Under the pieces are notes generated by a model. It was given only the letters and a program-made list of their open reading frames with translations, was not told the DNA's origin and searched no databases. The translations under genes and the position numbers were made by a program. Shown here in pieces: positions 1 through 9,682 of a stretch of 64,000 nt of DNA (positions are counted from its first letter, which is position 1; the number at the start of each line of letters is the position of its first letter). The stretch comes from an uncultured Pseudomonadota bacterium (GTDB taxonomy: Bacteria > Pseudomonadota > Gammaproteobacteria > Burkholderiales > Gallionellaceae): positions 57,836 through 121,835 of the forward strand of contig CAVRYQ010000110.1 of the NCBI GenBank assembly GCA_963725375.1, in the 5' to 3' direction.

Positions 1-2
1 TC

Positions 3-3000
3 ATGCTGTTTGTGGTGATTTTTCTGAAGGCGAATCATTGGGAATATGACGATTCACTGGATGATTTCCGCCAGCTTTCCCAACAAGTTGATGGCCAGGT
101 TCAGTCCAGGTTTGATGAACAGGAATCACTGCTCGAACAAATGGCCGGTTTGTACATCCACGACAAGGGCAGGAAGGTCACGCGGGATGGATTCCACAGG
201 TTTGTGGAAAGATCGCTGGTCCGCTTTCCCATGATACAGGCGCTGGAATGGGCCCCCGAAGTCGAAGCCAGGCAGCGCAAGAGTTTTGAGGCAGCGCAGC
301 GCAGGGAACTGCCGATCTTTGACATCAGGGAGCGCGACGCCGACGGCAAGTTGCAGCATGCCGGAGACCGCAGCTCTTACTATCCGGTAACCCATGTCGA
401 ACCACTCGCAGGTAACGAAGCTGCACTGGGGTTTGATCTCGCCTCCAACCAGGTACGCCTGCAAGCGATAGAAAAGGCAAAAACGTCGAACAAAGCGGTT
501 ATCTCTGCGCCGGTTAAGCTGGTGCAAGAGCGCCAGCAACAAACGGGAGTGCTGCTGCTGCTGGCTGTCGATCCGCGTGACCCTAGATCGGGTGTTGTTC
601 TGACGGTGTTGCGAATGGGCGACTTCATGGACAAGCTGCTGCAAGGTACGCGCCAGAAGCTTTATACCCGTTTGGTGGACCTTGACAGTGGAAAAGTCAT
701 CTATGACAACTTCGAGCCGGGAGGGCAACCGGCGTTGCTCGATCATGCTTTTGATTTCGGGTCGCGCCATTACAAACTCGAAACTGCACCGACCTCCCGC
801 TATTTCATTCAGCACCATGGCTGGCAAAGCTGGGGCCTGCTCGCCGCGGGTACGTTTGGAACCGGGTTGCTGGGCGCCCTGTTATTGCTTGGTACCGGCT
901 ACACCGCAAGAATCAAGGATGAGGTGGATGAAAGAACCAGGCAGTTGAAGGAATCCAAACAGAAGCTGCAAAGACAAAACGACAAAAATCTCGCCATATT
1001 GCGCAATGCCAGCGACGGCATACACATCCTCAACACGGATGGCAATCTCATGGAAGCAAGCGACTCGTTCTGTACCATGCTGGGCTACCAACGTGATGAA
1101 ATAATCGGACGCAACGTTCGCTTGTGGGATGCACAATTTACCGATGATGAACTTGCGCTGGCGCTCAGGCGACAATTCGAATTTAGCGGTAGGTCCCAAT
1201 TCGTATCCCGTCACCGCCGCAAGGATGGGAGCATCATCGACGTCGAAATAAGCGGAATGGCGCATGAAATTGACGGGCAGCAGGCACTGATCAATTCGTC
1301 CCGCGACATCACCGAGCGCAAGCTTGCCGTAGCGCAGTTGCAACTGGCAAAAGAGGCGGCAGAGGAGGCGAGCCGGGCCAAGAGCGATTTTCTGGCCAAT
1401 ATGAGCCATGAAATCCGGACGCCGATGAACGGCATCATCGGCATGACCGAGCTGGCACTCGATACGGAATTGAATGCCGAACAGGCGGAGTATATCGGGC
1501 TGGTCAAATCGTCTGCGGATGCGCTGCTCGTCATCGTGAATGACATCCTGGATTTTTCCAAGATCGAAGCCGGCAAACTGAGCATTGACGCAATCGAGTT
1601 CAACCTGCCCGATGTACTGTCGCAGACGACCCGTTCCATGGCCCTGCGCGCCCACCAGAAAGGCCTGGAATTGTTGCTGGACATCGACGCGGACATACCC
1701 GAGGTGCTGATTGGCGACCCGGGACGGTTGCGTCAGGTCATCGTCAATCTGATTGGCAACGCGGTCAAATTCACCGAGCGCGGCGAAATCGTGGTCAAGG
1801 CGGCCATGGGCTCCCTGCAACCCGAACCGGACAAACTCGTGCTGCACATCAGCGTGCGCGATACCGGCATTGGCATACCCCGGGAAAAGTTTCGCAAGAT
1901 ATTTGACTCCTTTTCGCAGGCCGACACGTCGACGACGCGCAAATATGGCGGCACGGGCCTTGGGCTGTCGATCTCGGCGCGGCTGGTGGAACTGATGGAC
2001 GGGGTCATCTGGCTGGAGAGCGAGGTGGGCAAAGGCAGCACTTTCTTCATCGAAGTTGTCCTCGGGAAAGCGGCAGCCGAATTGCAGCCGCATCACGATG
2101 CGCTGCGCCTGAAGGACATGCGGGTGCTGGTGGTGGACGACAACGCAACCAATCGCCTGCTTGCCGTTGAACTGGCGCAGCGCTGGGGAATGCTGCCCAC
2201 CGCGGTGGCGGATGGTCATCTGGCGATCGCCGAACTGGATCGAGCCCGGCAGAAGGGAGAAGGCTACCAACTGCTGCTCATTGACGGACGCATGCCCGGC
2301 ATGGACGGATTTGCGGTCGTTGAGCATCTGCGCGCGCACCATGGAAATGACGTGACGCCCATCATGATGCTGACCTCGGAAGGACAGCGCGGCGATGCGC
2401 AGCGCTGCCGCGAGCTTGGCATTTCCGCGTATCTGCTCAAACCCTATTCCCAATCCGATCTGTTCGACGCGATCATGAACACATTCGGGGTGGCGCAGGC
2501 GGAAAAAGCACCGCTGATCACGCGACATTCCCTGCGCGAGAGCAAGCGCAAGCTGAACGTGTTGCTGGCGGAGGACAACAGTGTCAACCAGACACTGGTC
2601 ACCCGGCTGCTGCAAAAATTCGGCCATGCGGTGGATGTGGCCGGCAACGGCCTGATCGCGGTGGACAAGTGGCAGGTCGGGCACCACGACCTGATCCTGA
2701 TGGACGTGGACATGCCCGAACTCAACGGCTATGAAGCGACCGCGCGCATACGGCAATTCGAGCAACAGCGCGGCGGCCATACCCCCATCATCGGACTGAC
2801 CGCACACGTCATGCAGGGCAGCCGTGAAGACTGCCTGGCGGCGGGCATGGACGGCTATCTGTCCAAGCCGATCGACACCGAGGCGCTGTGGCGTGAACTG
2901 AGCGCCATAGAGCAGGGCATACCCGCGGCGGGCGAAGACGAGGCCGCGCCCGCTCCGCAGTTGCCCGTGGCCGACTTCGGCAAGGCCAGGCAGTTGATGG

Positions 3001-3287
3001 ATGACAGCCGTGAACTTTTTGAAGAAATCGTCACGATATTTCTGGCGGATGCCCCGCCCCACCTGCAAAGTATCAAGGAAGGGATGGCGCAGGGCGATAG
3101 CGAAGCGGTGCGGCACAGCGCACATACGTTGAAGGGCATGGTCGGCGTCTTCGCTGCGGAAAAGGCGCGCCAGGCCGCCGAGCGGCTGGAGACCCGGGCG
3201 GGGGCGCCGGACTGCCACCAGGCCGCACTGGACCTGGAACTCGCCGTGACCGAACTCATGTCTGCACTCAGGGCGTATCGGTGGTGA
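3..3287 (+). CDS. Hybrid sensor histidine kinase (CHASE-PAS-HisKA-HATPase-REC-REC-HPt), probably 5'-truncated by the window edge
   Basis: H-box FLANMSHEIRTPMN, G-boxes DTGIG and GGTGLGL, two receiver domains (VVDDNATN, LAEDNSVN), HPt AHTLKG; CHASE-like LGFDL..R motif. Confidence 0.9.
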   Translation: MLFVVIFLKANHWEYDDSLDDFRQLSQQVDGQVQSRFDEQESLLEQMAGLYIHDKGRKVTRDGFHRFVERSLVRFPMIQALEWAPEVEARQRKSFEAAQRRELPIFDIRERDADGKLQHAGDRSSYYPVTHVEPLAGNEAALGFDLASNQVRLQAIEKAKTSNKAVISAPVKLVQERQQQTGVLLLLAVDPRDPRSGVVLTVLRMGDFMDKLLQGTRQKLYTRLVDLDSGKVIYDNFEPGGQPALLDHAFDFGSRHYKLETAPTSRYFIQHHGWQSWGLLAAGTFGTGLLGALLLLGTGYTARIKDEVDERTRQLKESKQKLQRQNDKNLAILRNASDGIHILNTDGNLMEASDSFCTMLGYQRDEIIGRNVRLWDAQFTDDELALALRRQFEFSGRSQFVSRHRRKDGSIIDVEISGMAHEIDGQQALINSSRDITERKLAVAQLQLAKEAAEEASRAKSDFLANMSHEIRTPMNGIIGMTELALDTELNAEQAEYIGLVKSSADALLVIVNDILDFSKIEAGKLSIDAIEFNLPDVLSQTTRSMALRAHQKGLELLLDIDADIPEVLIGDPGRLRQVIVNLIGNAVKFTERGEIVVKAAMGSLQPEPDKLVLHISVRDTGIGIPREKFRKIFDSFSQADTSTTRKYGGTGLGLSISARLVELMDGVIWLESEVGKGSTFFIEVVLGKAAAELQPHHDALRLKDMRVLVVDDNATNRLLAVELAQRWGMLPTAVADGHLAIAELDRARQKGEGYQLLLIDGRMPGMDGFAVVEHLRAHHGNDVTPIMMLTSEGQRGDAQRCRELGISAYLLKPYSQSDLFDAIMNTFGVAQAEKAPLITRHSLRESKRKLNVLLAEDNSVNQTLVTRLLQKFGHAVDVAGNGLIAVDKWQVGHHDLILMDVDMPELNGYEATARIRQFEQQRGGHTPIIGLTAHVMQGSREDCLAAGMDGYLSKPIDTEALWRELSAIEQGIPAAGEDEAAPAPQLPVADFGKARQLMDDSRELFEEIVTIFLADAPPHLQSIKEGMAQGDSEAVRHSAHTLKGMVGVFAAEKARQAAERLETRAGAPDCHQAALDLELAVTELMSALRAYRW

Positions 3288-3344
3288 TTGAGTGCAACAG
3301 ACATGCCTGCCCGGTTTGCCGACTCACGTCCAGTTTCCCTTGAT

Positions 3345-3371
3345 TAAACTTCCTGTCTATCGGGCCGATAT
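3345..3371 (+). promoter_or_regulatory. Sigma28 (FliA)-type promoter
   Basis: TAAA(3345-3348)-N15-GCCGATAT(3364-3371), matching the FliA consensus TAAA-N15-GCCGATAA. Confidence 0.7.
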
Positions 3372-3418
3372 CCTGAATAAGGGGGTGGAAGAAAGTGCCC
3401 CGGATGCGGAGGTGTGAT

Positions 3419-3631
3419 ATGGCAACCACAGTGAATGAATACGAGATCGGGCGTGACGCAGTTGCAGAAGAGGGTTATGGTGACGAAGTAGTGTACGCGG
3501 GGTGGAATCCGCAGCTTGCGTCGGCAGCTGCCCAGAAGATCAGGGCGAACAAATTTCCTGCGTTTCCGGGAGAATTGGCGACGGCGGATATCGATACATT
3601 CCTGCAGAAGATGTACGCGTATCAGCGCTGA
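3419..3631 (+). CDS. Small hypothetical protein (70 aa)
   Basis: GGAGGTG RBS before ATG 3419; lies downstream of the sigma28-like promoter. Confidence 0.7.
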   Translation: MATTVNEYEIGRDAVAEEGYGDEVVYAGWNPQLASAAAQKIRANKFPAFPGELATADIDTFLQKMYAYQR

Positions 3632-3769
3632 TACTGCTTCCTCACGGGCGGCCTCGGCACTGAGGCCGTTCTCTCCGAAAGCCTTATGCTGTGCGCCGTT
3701 CGGGCATTTCGGCGCCGGGCCTCCAGGCGCATGTGATATTCTCCATCACAGTTGATCCCGAGCCATTCC

Positions 3770-5683
3770 ATGAGATTCGTATTGTTCCTGTTGCTGGCAT
3801 TGCCCGTGTGTGCGCTGGCCGACCAAGAAAGCGATTTTCGCAGTGCGCGCGACGCATTTCGCACCGGCAACGCGCCGCGCCTAGACAAAGTAGCTGAGAA
3901 TCTCCGGCATACCCCCTTGGAGCCCTACGTGACGTATTACCAGTTGCGCCTGCATTGGGGGGTGCCGGCGATGCCGGCCATCACGGCATTCCTTGCGCGC
4001 ACCGACGAATCCCCCGTGGTCGATCAATTTCGCGGGGAATGGCTCAAATATCTCGGCGCGCACGACAGCTGGGACGAATTCGCGAAAGAATACCCGCACC
4101 TGGTGAACACTGACAACGAGCTTGCCTGCTACGCACTGCAATTGCGCAAGAAGACCGACGTCACGGGTGCGCTGGCGGGTGCACGCACGCTCTGGTTCAA
4201 CAGCGAAGAAATGCCGGATAGCTGTACACCCTTGTTCGCGGAGGCGATCGAGCGGGGCGTCATCAGTGAGGCGGACGTGTGGCAACGCATGCGCCTGGCG
4301 CTGGAAAGCAACAATACGTCCCTGGCCAGAGACCTGATCAAAAGATTGCCCAAGGCACAAGCCTTTCCCGTAGCCGAGCTGAACGTGGCCGCCATGAATC
4401 CGCTACGTTACTTGGAAAGGACGAAATTCGAGCATGCAGGCATGGGGCGGCGGGTCGTGGCGTTGTTCGCCTTGCAACGCCTGGCCAAGCAGTCGCCGCA
4501 GATCGCTTATGCGCGCTGGGAACATATGGCCAATTATTTTTCCGAGGACGAGCAGCGTTATTTCTTCGGTTGGCAGGGATACGCGGGCGCGCAAGCACAT
4601 GACGAAAGGGCGCTGCTCTGGTACTCCGTGGCGGGTGACGCGGCTTTGAACCCCAAACAACTGGCGTGGCGCGCGCGAGCGGCATTGCGTGCGAACAACT
4701 GGCATGAGGTGTGGGAAAGCATCGGTGCGATGTCGCAGCAGCAGCAGAACGAGGGTGCGTGGCGATACTGGAAAGGCCGTGCGCTGATGGCCCTGGGTCG
4801 GCCAGAGGAAGCCGAAGCGCTGTTCGTGGGCCTGAGCCGCGAATACAATTTCTACGGGCAGCTCGCGTCCGAAGAACTGGGAGGGGCGCCGGGGGCGGGC
4901 ATGGGGTCGGTGCACTATCAGCCGAGCGATGCCGAGTACGATGCCATACAGGCCATGCCGGGCATACAGCGCACGCTGTTGTTGTACCGCATGGACATGC
5001 GTGCCGAGGCCGCAAAGGAATGGGCCTGGGCAACGCGAAATTTCAGCGACCGGCAATTGCTGGTGGCGGCTGAGGTTGCGCGCCGCCATGAAATGTACGA
5101 CCGTTCAATCAACGCGGCAGATCGTACGGTGCAGTTGCATGACTTCAATCTGCGCTATCCCGCGCCCTACCGTGAAAATATGCAGGAGACATTGCACAAG
5201 CACGGTCTGGAAGAGGCGTGGGTCTACGGTCTGATGCGGCAGGAAAGCCGTTTTGCGACGAGCGCAAAATCCGCAGTTGGCGCGGCAGGCCTGATGCAGA
5301 TCATGCCCGGCACTGCTCGCTGGGTGGCGCGGCAGATCGGCATGAAAGGCTACCGCAGGGGGCTCATTCATCAGCTGGATGTGAACATCCAGCTCGGGAC
5401 GTATTACATGAAAACGGTATCGCATCGATTTGACGACAATCCGGTGCTGGCGTCCGCCGCGTACAACGCAGGTCCGACCAGGGCGCAACAGTGGCGCGGT
5501 ACTCGGCCGATGGAAGGCGCGATCTATATAGAGACCATTCCATTCGACGAGACGCGGGAGTACGTAAAGAAGGTCATGAGCAATACCATGTATTATTCCA
5601 AGTTGTTCGGCCAAACCTCCTTGTCGCTCAAGCAGAGGCTCGGTACCATCGATGCACAAAATGCGAAGAATCCTAAATCCTGA
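3770..5683 (+). CDS. slt: Soluble lytic murein transglycosylase (Slt70-like)
   Basis: Signal peptide; SLT motifs RQES, GLMQIMP, AYNAG, ETREYVKKV. Confidence 0.9.
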   Translation: MRFVLFLLLALPVCALADQESDFRSARDAFRTGNAPRLDKVAENLRHTPLEPYVTYYQLRLHWGVPAMPAITAFLARTDESPVVDQFRGEWLKYLGAHDSWDEFAKEYPHLVNTDNELACYALQLRKKTDVTGALAGARTLWFNSEEMPDSCTPLFAEAIERGVISEADVWQRMRLALESNNTSLARDLIKRLPKAQAFPVAELNVAAMNPLRYLERTKFEHAGMGRRVVALFALQRLAKQSPQIAYARWEHMANYFSEDEQRYFFGWQGYAGAQAHDERALLWYSVAGDAALNPKQLAWRARAALRANNWHEVWESIGAMSQQQQNEGAWRYWKGRALMALGRPEEAEALFVGLSREYNFYGQLASEELGGAPGAGMGSVHYQPSDAEYDAIQAMPGIQRTLLLYRMDMRAEAAKEWAWATRNFSDRQLLVAAEVARRHEMYDRSINAADRTVQLHDFNLRYPAPYRENMQETLHKHGLEEAWVYGLMRQESRFATSAKSAVGAAGLMQIMPGTARWVARQIGMKGYRRGLIHQLDVNIQLGTYYMKTVSHRFDDNPVLASAAYNAGPTRAQQWRGTRPMEGAIYIETIPFDETREYVKKVMSNTMYYSKLFGQTSLSLKQRLGTIDAQNAKNPKS

Positions 5684-5731
5684 CACGATGAACGCCGGGC
5701 CGGAAAAGGCCCGCCGAAGTGAGGGGGAAAT

Positions 5732-6991
5732 TTGAACCTGAGTCAATTCAAGGTCTATTGCGTCGGCGGCGCAGTGCGCGACCAGTTGCTCGGCTTGCCA
5801 GTACGGGATCGCGACTGGGTGGTGGTGGGCAGCACGGTGGAGGAAATGGTGGCGCGTGGCTTCAAGCCGGTGGGTGCGGACTTCCCGGTGTTTCTGCATC
5901 CCGAAACGCATGAGGAATATGCGCTGGCGCGTACGGAACGCAAAGTGGCTCAGGGCTACAAAGGTTTCAAGGTGTACGCGTCACCGGAGGTGACGCTGGA
6001 GCAGGATTTGCTTCGCCGCGACTTCACCATCAACGCCATCGCACTGGATGCTGACGGCAAGCTGATCGATCCACTTGGCGGACAGGCAGATCTGGGTGCG
6101 GGCCTCTTGCGCCATGTGAGCGCGGCGTTTGCCGAAGATCCGGTGCGCATTCTGCGCGGTGCGCGCTTTGCGGCGCGCTTCGGATTCACCTTCGCGCCGG
6201 AAACGCTGGTGCTGATGCGGACGATGGTAGATGACGGAGAAGTCGATGCGCTGGTGGCGGAACGTGTGTGGCAGGAACTGGCACGCGGCCTGATGGAAAA
6301 ACATCCGTCGCGCTTTTTTACGACGCTGCGCGAGTGCGGCGCGCTGAAAAAAATATTGCCGGAACTGGATGCGCTGTTCGGCGTGCCGCAACCGCCCCGG
6401 TACCATCCCGAGATAGACTGCGGCATTCACGCCATGCTGGTGCTTGACGATACGGCGCAGCACGGCTACCCGCTGGAAGTGCGCTTTGCGGCGCTCGGGC
6501 ATGATCTTGGCAAAGGCAGCACGCCCGAAAATATCCTGCCGCGCCACATAGGCCACGAGATGCGCAGCGTCGAACATCTGAAAGACGTGTGCGGGCGTCT
6601 GCGTGTGCCCGGCGATTACCGCGATCTGGCAATGCTGGTGGCAAGACACCATGGCAACGTCCATCGTGCCGGGGAGCTGCGCGCGGACACAATCGTGAAG
6701 CTGTTCGATAGTTGCGATCTGTGGCGCAAGCCGGAGCGCTTCACGCAGGTATTGCAGGCTTGCGAGTCGGATGCGCGCGGGCGTACCGGTCATGAGCAGG
6801 ACACTTATCCGCAGTCCGCGTATCTGTTGCGATGCGCACAGGTGGCGCTGGCGGTGAACGCGGGAGATATCGCACGCGCGTGCCCGGACAAGAACCTGAT
6901 CGCCGACAAGGTGCGCGAGGCGCGTATCCTGGCGGTGGAGACGGTTTCGGGAGCTGGAAGCAGTCCGTCAGATAAGCTGAAAATTACTTAA
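5732..6991 (+). CDS. cca: Multifunctional CCA-adding enzyme
   Basis: VGGAVRD..DRDWVVVG, RRDFTINA, EDPVRILR, HD domain (HDLGKG). Confidence 0.95.
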   Translation: MNLSQFKVYCVGGAVRDQLLGLPVRDRDWVVVGSTVEEMVARGFKPVGADFPVFLHPETHEEYALARTERKVAQGYKGFKVYASPEVTLEQDLLRRDFTINAIALDADGKLIDPLGGQADLGAGLLRHVSAAFAEDPVRILRGARFAARFGFTFAPETLVLMRTMVDDGEVDALVAERVWQELARGLMEKHPSRFFTTLRECGALKKILPELDALFGVPQPPRYHPEIDCGIHAMLVLDDTAQHGYPLEVRFAALGHDLGKGSTPENILPRHIGHEMRSVEHLKDVCGRLRVPGDYRDLAMLVARHHGNVHRAGELRADTIVKLFDSCDLWRKPERFTQVLQACESDARGRTGHEQDTYPQSAYLLRCAQVALAVNAGDIARACPDKNLIADKVREARILAVETVSGAGSSPSDKLKIT

Positions 6992-7001
6992 ATACTGTCA
7001 A

Positions 7002-7559
7002 ATGCCTGCGAGACTTATTTTATTTGTTTGCCTGCTGTTTTCGAGCTGCAGCATTTTTGCCGCAGAACCGGCGGGTTCTGCGCAACCGCAGGGTATGGAA
7101 AGCGTGCAACAATCTGAACTGGCAGGCGTGCCGGAAGCCATGCAAAGCCTGCTACAGCTAGCCCTCGATCAGATTGGGGTGTCGTACCGCAGAGGCGGCC
7201 TTAATCCCGAAACCGGCTTTGATTGCAGCGGATTCGTGCGTTACATTTTTGACCAGGCCGTGGGGGTGGTGTTGCCTCACAGCGCGCGGGCCATCAGTGA
7301 GGTTGGAAAATTCGTGCGGCTAACGGACTTGCAACCGGGCGATCTGGTTTTCTTTCACATCAGGCATCACACCATTTCCCATGTCGGGATATATATCGGC
7401 AATAATCAGTTCATCCATGACGCCAGCAATCGCACCGGCGGCGTCAGAATTTCGGATTTGACCGGCTATTGGGCCAAGCACTTCAAGCTGGCACGCCGTT
7501 TCGATTTGCGTATCGAACAATCGTCCAAATATTCTGAGCCGAAAATACCCGTGTCGTAG
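7002..7559 (+). CDS. NlpC/P60 (C40) cell-wall peptidase
   Basis: Signal peptide, GFDCSG, PGDLVFF, SHVGIY, FIH. Confidence 0.9.
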   Translation: MPARLILFVCLLFSSCSIFAAEPAGSAQPQGMESVQQSELAGVPEAMQSLLQLALDQIGVSYRRGGLNPETGFDCSGFVRYIFDQAVGVVLPHSARAISEVGKFVRLTDLQPGDLVFFHIRHHTISHVGIYIGNNQFIHDASNRTGGVRISDLTGYWAKHFKLARRFDLRIEQSSKYSEPKIPVS

Positions 7560-7733
7560 AGCACTCCGGGCACGCAAGCGTTAACGCAGCCTGACTTATC
7601 TGACATCACCGTATCCTCGGTCCGCACTTGTTGGTGCGGACGCGAACTGCGGGCCGATACGATTGTCGGGCTCTTTGGCTGTGCCAACGGCAAAAGCGGG
7701 GACGTAATTAAAAATGCGATGGAGATGTCAACC

Positions 7734-7925
7734 ATGGCCGAATCGCAGACGACATTACAAAAAAGGTCCGCGTGCAAGGTGTGCGCGGAGTTTCTGCCAT
7801 TTCCACCCAAACTGCTGTTGAAAGCGGGCAAGACTGCGAACTCATGATTGTGGGTCAGGCGCAGCCCGTGGTTCGAGAAAGAAGTGTTGCCGCTGCTGCG
7901 CAAACGGGTTGCCGCTTTGCAGTAA
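7734..7925 (+). CDS. Candidate small CxxC protein with in-frame TGA (possible selenoprotein, or pseudogene)
   Basis: GGAG at 7721-7724, ATG 7734; MAESQTTLQKRSACKVCAEFLPFPPKLLLKAGKTANS-TGA(7845-7847)-LWVRRSPWFEKEVLPLLRKRVAALQ-TAA; fills an otherwise empty intergenic gap. Confidence 0.45.
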
Positions 7926-7956
7926 AACGTGCGCGTCACTTGACGCACAACACGAG

Positions 7957-8457
7957 TCAATTGCGCAAATCCATGGCCGCCCGCCATGCGCGTAGTTTGT
8001 CTGCATAACACATTCCTGCGTGGGCCGGGCTGGTCGAGGGCAGTCGCTGGAGTTTGAGCGGCGGCAGAATTTGTTTGCCCTGCACGAATTTCCTGAAGCA
8101 TTGTTCGGCTTTGTTGCCGTTGAAGAATACCTGCGTGATATGCGGATGCCGAGCGAAGAATGACGAGAAATCGTTTGCCGATTCATGTCTGATATCGGAA
8201 TCCATGCTGGTTTCGCGTACACAGGAATCAAGCACGTCCCACAATGCGATCCCCGAAGCTTGCAGTATGGCGAGTCTTTCCTCATAAGGCATTTCCGGAT
8301 ATGCGCCGACCAGTTCCCCCATGATTTTCCAGAAGACATTCGACGGATGGGCATAGTACTGGTTTTGCTCCAGCGATTTCCTGCCGGGCATGCTGCCCAG
8401 GATCAGTATGTGTGCGTCCGCATTGCTGACAGGTTTGAAACTGTGGATGGGGAACAT
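7957..8457 (-). CDS. Uracil-DNA glycosylase superfamily, family 6 (hypoxanthine/deoxyinosine DNA glycosylase)
   Basis: ILGSMPG..SL..QYYAHP, FFNG, LPSTSPA. Confidence 0.85.
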   Translation of the reverse strand: MFPIHSFKPVSNADAHILILGSMPGRKSLEQNQYYAHPSNVFWKIMGELVGAYPEMPYEERLAILQASGIALWDVLDSCVRETSMDSDIRHESANDFSSFFARHPHITQVFFNGNKAEQCFRKFVQGKQILPPLKLQRLPSTSPAHAGMCYADKLRAWRAAMDLRN

Positions 8458-8482
8458 GCCGCGAACGGGAAAGCCGATTGGG

Positions 8483-9637
8483 TCACAAGTGGCGCGACTG
8501 GTCGCCGCGAAGGAATCCCGCAAGAGGCTGGTCCATGCCTTTGCCGAGTGCGATCACCTTGAACAATTCACCCATCTCCGCCGGACTGGTAAGCTTCTGC
8601 AGTTGGGCGGAAAGAGGCGCATAGGACTTCACATCTTCAGCCGGCACTTCGGCGAGTAGCTCCGTCATCCCGTTGTTGATCAGGAAGTGCGCCTGCGAGG
8701 TGTAGCCCAGAAAATGCGCACCGTGATCGATCGCGGATTCGGCGACGGCGGTGAAATCCACATGCGCGGTGATGTCCTGCAGGCCGGGGAGGTAGAACGG
8801 GTCATCATGCGCGTGGTGGCGGTAATGGCACATCAGGGTGCCGCGACTCCGTTGCGGATGGTAATACTCGCCGGCGCCAAATCCGTAGTCCATGAACAGC
8901 ATGGCTCCGGTATCCATGCGCTCGCACAGACTCGCGACCAGACCGCGCGCGGTGAGCGAGATCTCGCTCAGGTAATCGTCGGGCACTTTGATCTTCCCGG
9001 CAATGTCGAGCAGCGCGGGGGCCTCCGGCAATCTGTCTTGCCAGTTGAAATGATTGGCAACGTTTATCACGCCACGTTCCAGGATGCGGTGATTGGACCA
9101 ATGCAGCAGATGTACCGGAAACGCGTCCAGCACCTCGTTGCCGATGACCGCGCCGGAGATGCTTTCGGGCAATGCATCCAGCCAGCGCATGCGTTCGGCA
9201 AGATGCGGCAGTTTTTCGCACAACAGCGTCTGCTGGCGCTCGCGCAGGTCGGCGCTTACCTCCAGTATCGAATAACTTTCCGGCAATTGGCCCCGCTTTT
9301 CAAGTTCACCAAGAATATCCAGTGCGAGTTTCCCGCTGCCCGCCCCGAGCTCGAGGATGTGCGGCGCGCTGGCCTGCATCACTTCGATCAATTGCCGTGC
9401 CACGGTCCTGCCGAACAGCGTGGAGAGTTCCGGTGCGGTGATGAAATCGCCTTCCGCGCCAAGTTTTCGCGAACCGGCAGTGTAATAACCGAAACCGGGC
9501 GCATACAGCGCCAGCTCCATGAAGCGCGAAAAAGGAATCCACCCGCCCTGCGCAGAGATGTCGGTGCGTATCAGCTCGCACAATTTGGCGCTGTGAACAA
9601 GAGCGTCGGGGCCGGGGGCAGGCAGGTTGATGGACAT
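8483..9637 (-). CDS. SAM-dependent methyltransferase, MidA/NDUFAF7 family
   Basis: GDFITAPE, LELGAGSG, NEVLDA, DYG, QDITAHVDF. Confidence 0.9.
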   Translation of the reverse strand: MSINLPAPGPDALVHSAKLCELIRTDISAQGGWIPFSRFMELALYAPGFGYYTAGSRKLGAEGDFITAPELSTLFGRTVARQLIEVMQASAPHILELGAGSGKLALDILGELEKRGQLPESYSILEVSADLRERQQTLLCEKLPHLAERMRWLDALPESISGAVIGNEVLDAFPVHLLHWSNHRILERGVINVANHFNWQDRLPEAPALLDIAGKIKVPDDYLSEISLTARGLVASLCERMDTGAMLFMDYGFGAGEYYHPQRSRGTLMCHYRHHAHDDPFYLPGLQDITAHVDFTAVAESAIDHGAHFLGYTSQAHFLINNGMTELLAEVPAEDVKSYAPLSAQLQKLTSPAEMGELFKVIALGKGMDQPLAGFLRGDQSRHL

Positions 9638-9682
9638 GGTCAGGTATAATTCAGCGGTAGCGAGAGTTTAGTGGGGAATGGG

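Noticed and set aside
882-3218. 778-aa minus-strand ORF (and similar long antisense ORFs such as 26303-28009, 20795-22108, 29174-30463)
   Set aside because: Shadow frames opposite well-supported genes in GC-rich DNA; no recognisable motifs.
7653-7660. GCCGATAC (and GCCGATAT at 60621) as sigma28 -10 boxes
   Set aside because: No TAAA at the required 15-bp spacing.
7466-8101. 211-aa minus-strand ORF spanning the NlpC-glycosylase gap
   Set aside because: Overlaps both neighbours and has non-protein-like composition; the plus-strand small ORF explains the gap better.
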